A DNA stretch of 55,607 nt from a virus (taxonomy: Duplodnaviria > Caudoviricetes): the IMG/VR virus record IMGVR_UViG_3300030098_002332, positions 1 to 55,607 of that record, one strand, 5' to 3'. Below are positions 10,200 to 16,319 of this stretch, piece after piece. The notes under the pieces were generated by a model. It had not been told where the DNA came from. It ran no database searches and saw nothing but the letters and a program-made list of their open reading frames with translations. Both the position numbers and the translations under genes were made by a program. Every line of letters begins with the position of its first letter. The stretch's first letter is position 1.

Positions 10200-10268
10200 T
10201 AGTTTACAAATATAACAAAAAGAACTACACTACACAAGCAATGTAGAACTTTTTATTATATATTAACT
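10200..10268 (-). promoter_or_regulatory. Bacteroidota-type promoter (TAnnTTTG) with upstream TATATAATA box
   Basis: Minus strand TATATTTG (10214-10207) followed by TAAACTA; upstream AGTTAATATATAATAAAA resembles the boxes at 18571 and 23523. Confidence 0.6.
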
Positions 10269-10270
10269 AA

Positions 10271-10906
10271 TTACATGCCTACTCCCAATACCTCAACCTC
10301 ATCTGCTGTTACACCTGTATTAGGTTTTACAGTAGTTTGAAGGCTAGTATCAGAAGCTAGAAATACATGTGCAGGATTACTACCTTTTGGTAATAAATCT
10401 ACATATGAGTTTCTAAATATATGCTGACCTTTGTGTAAGATCGCATCTCCTCCTTTACCTGCTCTTTTACAAAAATGCTCAACTACATCCAATCCGTTAT
10501 CCTCTGCATAGTCTTTCTGTGATTTTGTAGGCTCTAGTGTCTCCTCAAGTCTAACTCTAAAGAATACGTTGTTAAATGTAGGATTTAATATATTCAAATC
10601 CATCATCTCAACTTTTTTTCCGTTAGCTTTCTCTCCCAAATACCAGTCACCATCATCTCCAAAGTTTGTTTTAAATATTTTAGATGCATCTGCTATCTCA
10701 GCAACAGCCCAACCTCTAGCTGCTCCAGAGCTAAATCTATTATCACTAGCATTTAATGCTGTTAGTGCAGACATTGGTCTATCTTTTGATGTAACTTTCT
10801 CAGCAAACTCAAGCTGTATTTTGTCTGTTGATGTTTTGTATGCTTTTGTTATCATACATTCTCCTACTTTTAATGTGTTTAAGTCACCACTGTTTAATTC
10901 ATTCAT
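10271..10906 (-). CDS. Hypothetical early protein (possible OB-fold)
   Basis: 211-aa ORF with conserved TAAATCAATTAAAC-ATG leader. Confidence 0.7.
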   Translation of the reverse strand: MNELNSGDLNTLKVGECMITKAYKTSTDKIQLEFAEKVTSKDRPMSALTALNASDNRFSSGAARGWAVAEIADASKIFKTNFGDDGDWYLGEKANGKKVEMMDLNILNPTFNNVFFRVRLEETLEPTKSQKDYAEDNGLDVVEHFCKRAGKGGDAILHKGQHIFRNSYVDLLPKGSNPAHVFLASDTSLQTTVKPNTGVTADEVEVLGVGM

Positions 10907-10924
10907 GTTTAATTGATTTAATTA

Positions 10925-11185
10925 TTAATAATTGTTATTGATTCTATATTCTTCAAGCTCCTTATTAGTATGTTCTGTAGTATCTACAGGATTCTCCCAA
11001 TAAAATAGCTCTGGATGTACATCTTTTACATTATGTGTACAACTAGTACACTCAGCAATAAAATGTATTGCATCCATCTTGTCTGTAAAGGTTTTGATAC
11101 GTGACGATGTAATCTCATCACGATGACAGTCATGATTACCTTTGGAATCACAACCGTAGATAATTTTAATCTCTTTCATAGGCAT
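10925..11185 (-). CDS. Hypothetical early protein, Cys/His-containing
   Basis: Same 17-nt leader as the 10271-10906 gene; CxxC. Confidence 0.65.
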   Translation of the reverse strand: MPMKEIKIIYGCDSKGNHDCHRDEITSSRIKTFTDKMDAIHFIAECTSCTHNVKDVHPELFYWENPVDTTEHTNKELEEYRINNNY

Positions 11186-11196
11186 GTTTAATTGAT

Positions 11197-11310
11197 TTAG
11201 TTAATAATATGGTTTTCTATAAGTAATGCAACAATGATAAGTAATATCCCACAATAACTGTAGGATAATACTCTCATTGAATATTTGTAACTATCATTTT
11301 TATACATCAT
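11197..11310 (-). CDS. Small hydrophobic peptide (37 aa, not in ORF track)
   Basis: MMYKNDSYKYSMRVLSYSYCGILLIIVALLIENHIIN; ATGA overlap with the upstream gene. Confidence 0.45.
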   Translation of the reverse strand: MMYKNDSYKYSMRVLSYSYCGILLIIVALLIENHIIN

Positions 11311-11534
11311 TTTACTTCATTGTCTTTCATCATCTTCTCCATTTCAACGTATAGTTTTTCATAGTCTTGCTCAAGAGCTTTGTTCTTTTCTTTTAACTCA
11401 ATAATCTCAAGTTTATATTGAACAGCTTCTGTTGTTAGTCTGTCAACATCTTGCAATGCTCTTGTTAATTCTAGATTCTTAGTTCTAATTTTTTGTTCTT
11501 CATCATAATTGATGTTGTTAATTGGTAGTGCCAT
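11307..11534 (-). CDS. Coiled-coil early protein directly downstream of the twister ribozyme
   Basis: Heptad pattern; AATTAAAC-ATG leader. Confidence 0.7.
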   Translation of the reverse strand: MALPINNINYDEEQKIRTKNLELTRALQDVDRLTTEAVQYKLEIIELKEKNKALEQDYEKLYVEMEKMMKDNEVK

Positions 11535-11562
11535 GTTTAATTAATTTTAGTTAATATTTTAG

Positions 11563-11629
11563 CTAATTGTGCTCACTCTGTATTTTCACGGGCTTGTGAC
11601 CGTCCTTGGCTACATTAAGCACGAATTAG
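11563..11629 (-). ncRNA. Twister ribozyme (type P1)
   Basis: Minus strand GUGCU-UAA-UGUA-GC-CAAGG-ACGG-UCACAAG-CCCGU-GAAAA-UACA-GAGUG-AGCAC. P1 GUGCU/AGCAC, P2 UGUA/UACA, P4 ACGG/CCGU, pseudoknots CAC/GUG and GC/GC. Predicted cleavage U/A between 11617 and 11616. Confidence 0.9.
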
Positions 11630-12104
11630 GGGATTACAAGTCCCAAAGTAATACCATCAGGTTTTTACACCTGTAAATCTCGATACATATTATACATCTC
11701 CCAATGTATTCTTATAATTACTAATCCACTTGGACGTCATAATTACATCAAATAATCTACTACAGATTAAAATATACTATCATCAGTCAAAGGCGTGACA
11801 TCATAGATAGTTTAGTATCATACTAACAATCAGTTTGTTTTTACTTAATTATTAGTTATTACTTTAGATGTATCCAACTGTTAAGTTAGTGAAGCTATAA
11901 CATTTGTTATAACCTATTCGTCTGGATGACTATACATCTCTGTCCACTCTTGCTAGTACAAGTGTTAACGACAGTTCTAATTCTAAGGAGTCTTGCAATA
12001 CTCCCTACGCTATTCTGTTCTGGTCTCTATTACCGAGTGTGGTAGCCAGTTCCCCTATTTATCCACTTTTTACTATTAGTCTCCTGTAAGGACACACTAA
12101 TAGT
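11627..12104 (-). ncRNA. Large multi-branch structured RNA candidate (unassigned)
   Basis: No ORF; abutting inverted-repeat-closed domains 11645-11865, 11866-11939, 11940-11974, plus hairpins 11987-12004, 12020-12049, 12072-12104; long-range TAGGGGA/TCCCCTA (11627-33/12051-57). Strand inferred from flanking genes. Confidence 0.55.
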
Positions 12105-12112
12105 CATATTTA

Positions 12113-12188
12113 AAATAAAGAATAGTCCACATGCCTTACGGTTTACCACTGCAGGTTGTTATCCAAGACGTTCTACTATTCTTTATTT
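12113..12188 (-). ncRNA. Stem-closed RNA module A
   Basis: Perfect 14-bp IR AAATAAAGAATAGT/ACTATTCTTTATTT enclosing a more GC-rich 48-nt core. Confidence 0.6.
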
Positions 12189-12213
12189 GTGTTTAGTTAA
12201 TGTTTAGGTTAAA

Positions 12214-12303
12214 AACTATCATGAGTGTCTTAGGTAATTATTTAGACTATTAGATACACACGACCTAACCAAGACCATTACCCTTGGATCTCTCATGATA
12301 GTT
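12214..12303 (-). ncRNA. Stem-closed RNA module B (junction with pseudoknot)
   Basis: Perfect 12-bp IR AACTATCATGAG/CTCATGATAGTT; inner hairpin CCAAG/CUUGG whose loop GGUAAU is complementary to downstream AUUACC. Confidence 0.6.
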
Positions 12304-12310
12304 ATTATAA

Positions 12311-12421
12311 AACAACAACAGTAAGTTTACTACATGTTCTAGGTGAATATTAGAATATTCGATAAGTTTTAAATGTGGTTTCATCATCAGAACACTCCAC
12401 TTTACCTTACCTGTTGTTGTT
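12311..12421 (-). ncRNA. Stem-closed RNA module C (hammerhead-like core or pseudoknot)
   Basis: Perfect 11-bp IR AACAACAACAG/CTGTTGTTGTT plus GTAAG/CTTAC; core CUGAUGA-U-GAAAC. Confidence 0.55.
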
Positions 12422-12423
12422 AT

Positions 12424-12510
12424 AATGCAACCGTTGCCTCTATCTCTGGTCGGTTAACTACTAAGCACCAACTAGTATTTATGCTTTTCGTGATTATTAT
12501 AAGTTGCATT
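12424..12510 (-). ncRNA. Stem-closed RNA module D
   Basis: 8-bp IR AATGCAAC/GTTGCATT; inner AAGCAU/GUGCUU and alternative GUUGGU/ACCGAC pairing. Confidence 0.45.
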
Positions 12511-12530
12511 TGATTAGAAATGAACAGTTT

Positions 12531-12755
12531 CTACACTTGTTCAGGTGTTATTATTTTGTAACTATGGTTGTCCCAGAGTTTACGACTACATCTTCTTACA
12601 AGTGCAGTTGTTCTTCCTTCTAATGGAGTTTCATGTACATATTCTACAAACTTGTCATGTTTTTTAACAAGTATACAATTAGATCTTCCAGACTCCATGT
12701 TAATTATTATACATCCTTCATTTCCTAAAGAGTATTCATTCATATTTATTCTCAT
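12531..12755 (-). CDS. Hypothetical early protein
   Basis: 74-aa ORF with A-rich leader. Confidence 0.6.
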   Translation of the reverse strand: MRINMNEYSLGNEGCIIINMESGRSNCILVKKHDKFVEYVHETPLEGRTTALVRRCSRKLWDNHSYKIITPEQV

Positions 12756-12906
12756 AGTGTTATATTGTATTATATTAGTATTCTAGTTAATTGTCAAATT
12801 GTGTAGAAAAGTGGTGAATGTGATGTGGTACACACACTAACGAACAGTGTAATATACCACCCCACCCATAGATTAGTAACAACATTGTTACAATCCCCAC
12901 CTATAT

Positions 12907-12933
12907 AAAAAAAAGAAGAAGTCCTTAGACTTC
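12907..12933 (-). terminator. Terminator overlapping the stop of the first leftward gene
   Basis: Minus strand GAAGTC-TAAG-GACTTC then TTCTTTTTTTT. Confidence 0.6.
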
Positions 12934-13125
12934 AACTTTTAGTGGTTTACCAGAATTGATTTCGTCCCACCTGTCGAAGGCAGATTCAAGACTGGTGTAC
13001 ACAACTTTTTCTTTGGTGTGAGTATCAGTTTTGGAATCAAAGGATTCTTCCGTGATTCCTACTCTACATGGTGTTCCGTTCTTGTCCACTTTAGTGTCAA
13101 GAACTTTTACTACTGTTAGTATCAT
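12925..13125 (-). CDS. Hypothetical early protein (first leftward gene)
   Basis: 66-aa ORF with more GC-rich codon usage than its neighbours. Confidence 0.6.
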   Translation of the reverse strand: MILTVVKVLDTKVDKNGTPCRVGITEESFDSKTDTHTKEKVVYTSLESAFDRWDEINSGKPLKVEV

Positions 13126-13162
13126 AATTAAAAGTATTTTAGTTAGGATAGTTAATATTATT

Positions 13163-13202
13163 TGTGGGGGGTACCCTAAACCCCCAACACTAGCCGGGGT
13201 GT
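13163..13202. other. GC-rich palindromic element at the strand switch
   Basis: TGTGGGGGGTACCCTAAACCCCCAACACTAGCCGGGGTGT in otherwise AT-rich DNA. Confidence 0.5.
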
Positions 13203-13285
13203 CTGTACAAGGAGGACCGTACGCTCACAGATCTACCTCAAAAAAATTTTTTATATTTTATTTTTTTATTCCATTTATTTTATTT

Positions 13286-13293
13286 TATCTTTG
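13286..13293 (+). promoter_or_regulatory. Bacteroidota -7 promoter box
   Basis: TATCTTTG(CA) after a T-rich tract. Confidence 0.6.
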
Positions 13294-13297
13294 CACC

Positions 13298-13540
13298 GCA
13301 ACAATATTCATCCCTCGGTAACCAAAAAAGGGAAAAGACATCGGATTGTAGGGCTAAATAAGTCTAGAGTTTTCTCCGGTAGTTGCAAAAGAACAAGTGT
13401 ATAAGTTCTAGTTGGGGTAAATTACACATAGGTAAGTGTGATGAATTAACATCAGTTTTATTATCCCTGGGTCTCTGTAAAAAGAAGCACTGCTAGAGTG
13501 AAATCCAAGTTTGAAAGAGAAATCCTAAGGGGGATAACTA
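13298..13540 (+). ncRNA. ~240-nt structured ncRNA candidate
   Basis: Begins just after the promoter. Helices GCAAC/GTTGC, TCCCT/AGGGA, ATCGGA/TCCGGT, AGAAC/GTTCT, TTACAC/GTGTGA, GATG/CATC, TTATCCC/GGGATAA, TCTCT/AGAGA; no credible ORF. Confidence 0.5.
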
Positions 13541-13567
13541 TATCCTAATCAAAAATACTGTAAAACA

Positions 13568-13600
13568 TTTGGAAGTATAAAAAAATTGTTTATATATTTG
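13568..13600 (+). promoter_or_regulatory. Bacteroidota sigma70 promoter (-33/-7)
   Basis: TTTG (13568-71), 21-nt spacer, TATATTTG (13593-600); 17 nt upstream of GroES ATG. Confidence 0.75.
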
Positions 13601-13617
13601 CACAAAAATATATAGAT

Positions 13618-13881
13618 ATGAAATTTATACCAAACGGATCGTGGGTTGTCCTACCTGACCCAAGTAAAAAGAAAACAGATTCTGGAATTATCTTAGATGA
13701 TAAGACTGCCAGAAAACAATCAACTAACATTTTAGAGGTATTGGCTGTAGGCCCACACTGTACTTTTGTAAAAAAAGGTGATACTGTTATGGTTGATCCT
13801 AGAACAGAAGCTGTAATTGCAAATATAGAAGACACGCAATACTTATTAGTTGGAGAACATCAATTATTAGGTAAGTGGTAA
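13618..13881 (+). CDS. groES: GroES/Cpn10-like co-chaperonin
   Basis: FIPNGSWVVL, KTDSGIIL, EVLAVGP, VKKGDTV. Confidence 0.85.
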   Translation: MKFIPNGSWVVLPDPSKKKTDSGIILDDKTARKQSTNILEVLAVGPHCTFVKKGDTVMVDPRTEAVIANIEDTQYLLVGEHQLLGKW

Positions 13882-14117
13882 AAGGATCTGTTACAATAGA
13901 CTTAAAAGATTACCACGCTTTACTAGAATCAGCAGAAAAAACGATAGAAGTAAAAGAAAAGTTTTTTACAGCCGGTAAAGAACTGCAGGTTTTTTTGTCT
14001 TTTTTAACGTCTAGAGTAGATATAGAGAAATATGTAGAGGAATTTAACAGACAATCTAAAACATCTAGAATAGTCTTTGAAGGTACAACAGCAAAAATAG
14101 AATTAAAAGATGAATAA
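13875..14117 (+). CDS. Hypothetical protein
   Basis: Coupled ORF (GTG start). Confidence 0.6.
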   Translation: MVKGSVTIDLKDYHALLESAEKTIEVKEKFFTAGKELQVFLSFLTSRVDIEKYVEEFNRQSKTSRIVFEGTTAKIELKDE

Positions 14118-14442
14118 AAGAAAAATAACAGTTAATATAGATAGTACCTATAAATATTTGCAATTATGGAATGGCATTTTTAATTTAACAGATAAAGAGC
14201 TTTCTATTTTAGCATCTTTTATAGATACTAATATAATTAAAGAGGATATTAACATATGTAGTGTATCTAATAAAAAATCTGTAGCTAAAATAATGGGAAT
14301 AAAAGATTATAATACTTTAAATAACTATGTAAAAAAATTTAAAGATAAAGGAGCGATAATACTATCAAATAATACTTATAAACTTAATCCTTTTTTAAAT
14401 CCAGATACAGATTCAGTAGAAATAACAATATCAAGAGGATAA
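14110..14442 (+). CDS. Winged-helix (RepL-like) DNA-binding protein
   Basis: LTDKELSIL...VAKIMGI...LNNYVKKFKDKG...YKLNP. Confidence 0.6.
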   Translation: MNKRKITVNIDSTYKYLQLWNGIFNLTDKELSILASFIDTNIIKEDINICSVSNKKSVAKIMGIKDYNTLNNYVKKFKDKGAIILSNNTYKLNPFLNPDTDSVEITISRG

Positions 14443-14606
14443 TGTTTAGCTTACTAGTAGTTAGTTATTATAATATAGATATATATGAAATTTTAATTAT
14501 ACAATCACCTAGTGGAGATTTATTATCAATAAAAATAGAAGAATATGAGCCAGAACAACGAGCAAAAGCCCCCGAGCATTTTCAAAATGATGAAAACGTT
14601 CACTAA
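14442..14606 (+). CDS. Small hypothetical protein (54 aa, not in ORF track)
   Basis: TAATG-coupled; MFSLLVVSYYNIDIYEILIIQSPSGDLLSIKIEEYE... Confidence 0.45.
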   Translation: MFSLLVVSYYNIDIYEILIIQSPSGDLLSIKIEEYEPEQRAKAPEHFQNDENVH

Positions 14607-14841
14607 TGAGTTAGCAAATTGGATAAAAGAGGGGGCACCAAATGTAACACCAGAGTCTTATGCAAAAAGATTAGATATATGTAACGAATGTGAACACATA
14701 AATAAAGTATCAATGAGATGTATGGCTTGTGGTTGTTTATTAGAGCATAAGGCAAAGTGGAGAACTACAGATTGCCCAAAAAAGAAATGGCCTAAAGAAT
14801 ATACAGACGATTTACCTAAGCCAGGAGATGAGCAGGAATAA
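14545..14841 (+). CDS. Cys-rich metal-binding protein (DUF6171-like)
   Basis: RLDICNECEH...RCMACGC...CPKKKW. Confidence 0.7.
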   Translation: MSQNNEQKPPSIFKMMKTFTNELANWIKEGAPNVTPESYAKRLDICNECEHINKVSMRCMACGCLLEHKAKWRTTDCPKKKWPKEYTDDLPKPGDEQE

Positions 14842-15052
14842 AAAATTAATTATATACTATTTGGCAAATAAATATAATTTATCATTAAGCAAAATAGAAA
14901 AAATAGTTAACCATCAATTTAAATATGTAGAGAAGATAATGAAAGAAGGTAAATTTGAAAGTATTCGTTTACCATATTTTGGTAAATTTTCTGTAAAACA
15001 AAGTAGATTAAAGCATATAAATAAAAACAAAAATGATAAGGATAAGATTTAG
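14828..15052 (+). CDS. HU/IHF-like DNA-binding protein
   Basis: SIRLPYFGKFSVK. Confidence 0.7.
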   Translation: MSRNKKLIIYYLANKYNLSLSKIEKIVNHQFKYVEKIMKEGKFESIRLPYFGKFSVKQSRLKHINKNKNDKDKI

Positions 15053-15515
15053 AGCTTGGATAATACACAAACTAGTAAAACTAATATATTGGTTTGGAGG
15101 TTTTGTAGCTCTAGAACCTTTAGTGTTTTTTAGACCTGCTTATATAAAAATAAAAGATTTAGAGTCTTATAAAAAAATTATAAGAAAATATTGTGGTAAT
15201 TCAAATAGATATAAGTGGGATTTACTAAAAAATAGTATTAAGGAAGAAGGTTTAAAAAACAACTTATCTGTATATTATACTTATCATGATACTAGTACTA
15301 AAATGTATGAACTTGTTGATGGTCATCACAGAGTTGCAATATTAAGAGAGTTATATGGTGACGATTATAAGATTAAAGTAAATTTATATGTACCAGATCC
15401 ATTTGATGCTTATTACAAATATAATTTACTAAATAGATATGGAGGAAAAATGTCTGACAAAGAATTAAATGATGTAACATATAAAATAAAAAAACAATTT
15501 AACAGTGAAAGATGA
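15033..15515 (+). CDS. ParB/Srx-domain protein
   Basis: SIKEEGLKNNLSV...YELVDGHHRVAIL. Confidence 0.75.
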   Translation: MIRIRFRAWIIHKLVKLIYWFGGFVALEPLVFFRPAYIKIKDLESYKKIIRKYCGNSNRYKWDLLKNSIKEEGLKNNLSVYYTYHDTSTKMYELVDGHHRVAILRELYGDDYKIKVNLYVPDPFDAYYKYNLLNRYGGKMSDKELNDVTYKIKKQFNSER

Positions 15516-16020
15516 TTTAATATATATAAATGATGGTGTTGCAATGCCAAGTTCTTACGCTTTAACTATTTTAGAGTTTAAAGATTTATCAGCTACTGAA
15601 TTAGCTTTTGTATACTTCATGGTAGACCATAGATCACCTTTTTCAATATATGACTGGGACCAACGTATTAGTGAAGTAAAAAATAGTATCTTTGGTGACA
15701 AGAAAAAATGGAAACCTTCTGCAAAAGTGCTTGCAGCTTGTGATAAATATGATAAATTAATAGAAACATCTTCTGTAAGATTGTTAAAAGCAGCTAGAAC
15801 TTCTATTGTTAAGTTAGAAAAGTATTTTAAGGATATAGATTTACATTTAATGGATGACAATGGTAGACCTATATTTCATGCAAAAGATTTAATAGCTAAC
15901 TTATCTAATATGGGTAAAGTTGTAGACGGATTAACAAAACTTGAGGAGATAGTTAAGAAGCAGGAGCAAGCTGCTAATACAAACAGAGGTGGAATAGAAG
16001 TTAATAAATATAGTATGTAA
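15505..16020 (+). CDS. Conserved protein upstream of TerL (possible small terminase)
   Basis: Position and pattern ELAFVYFMVDHRSP...RGG. Confidence 0.5.
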   Translation: MKDDLIYINDGVAMPSSYALTILEFKDLSATELAFVYFMVDHRSPFSIYDWDQRISEVKNSIFGDKKKWKPSAKVLAACDKYDKLIETSSVRLLKAARTSIVKLEKYFKDIDLHLMDDNGRPIFHAKDLIANLSNMGKVVDGLTKLEEIVKKQEQAANTNRGGIEVNKYSM

Positions 16021-16319
16021 TGGATTTTTTAGAAGACATGGAACTCTATGAAGAGGCAATGAAAAACGCTTATCAAATTATAACTAAAAAGAAAACTTTA
16101 GATGACATTTACTATGATCTAGAAGAAGGAAAAATAAATAGATTACCACTACCTTTTGACCCTCTTAGTGAGGATGGTAGAAGTGAAGATGTAATAGATG
16201 TTGTTATAGAGTATTTTACTAGTATAGAAGAATACGAAAAATGTGCAGAGTTAGTTAAAATTAAAAATAAATGTTTAAAAACACCGATAGAGTCAGAAGA
16301 TCAGCAATATCTTTTATAG
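16020..16319 (+). CDS. Small protein with UVR-like motif
   Basis: EEYEKCAELVKI. Confidence 0.6.
   Translation: MDFLEDMELYEEAMKNAYQIITKKKTLDDIYYDLEEGKINRLPLPFDPLSEDGRSEDVIDVVIEYFTSIEEYEKCAELVKIKNKCLKTPIESEDQQYLL

Noticed and set aside
11782-11790. Second hammerhead from CUGAUGA on minus strand
   Set aside because: No correctly placed GAAA box or stem III; the sequence fits the C/D-like hairpin better.
11563-12510. CRISPR array or tRNA cluster
   Set aside because: No recurring direct repeat with regular spacers; no cloverleaf or GTTCGA T-arm seen.
12845-12860. Hairpin-ribozyme loop B strand (GUGGUAUAUUAC on minus strand)
   Set aside because: No partner AGAAACA strand or loop A nearby; the segment is explained by a local hairpin.
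13031-13321. 96-aa plus-strand ORF across the strand switch
   Set aside because: Antisense to a plausible gene, non-ATG start, and crosses the palindrome and poly-T tract.
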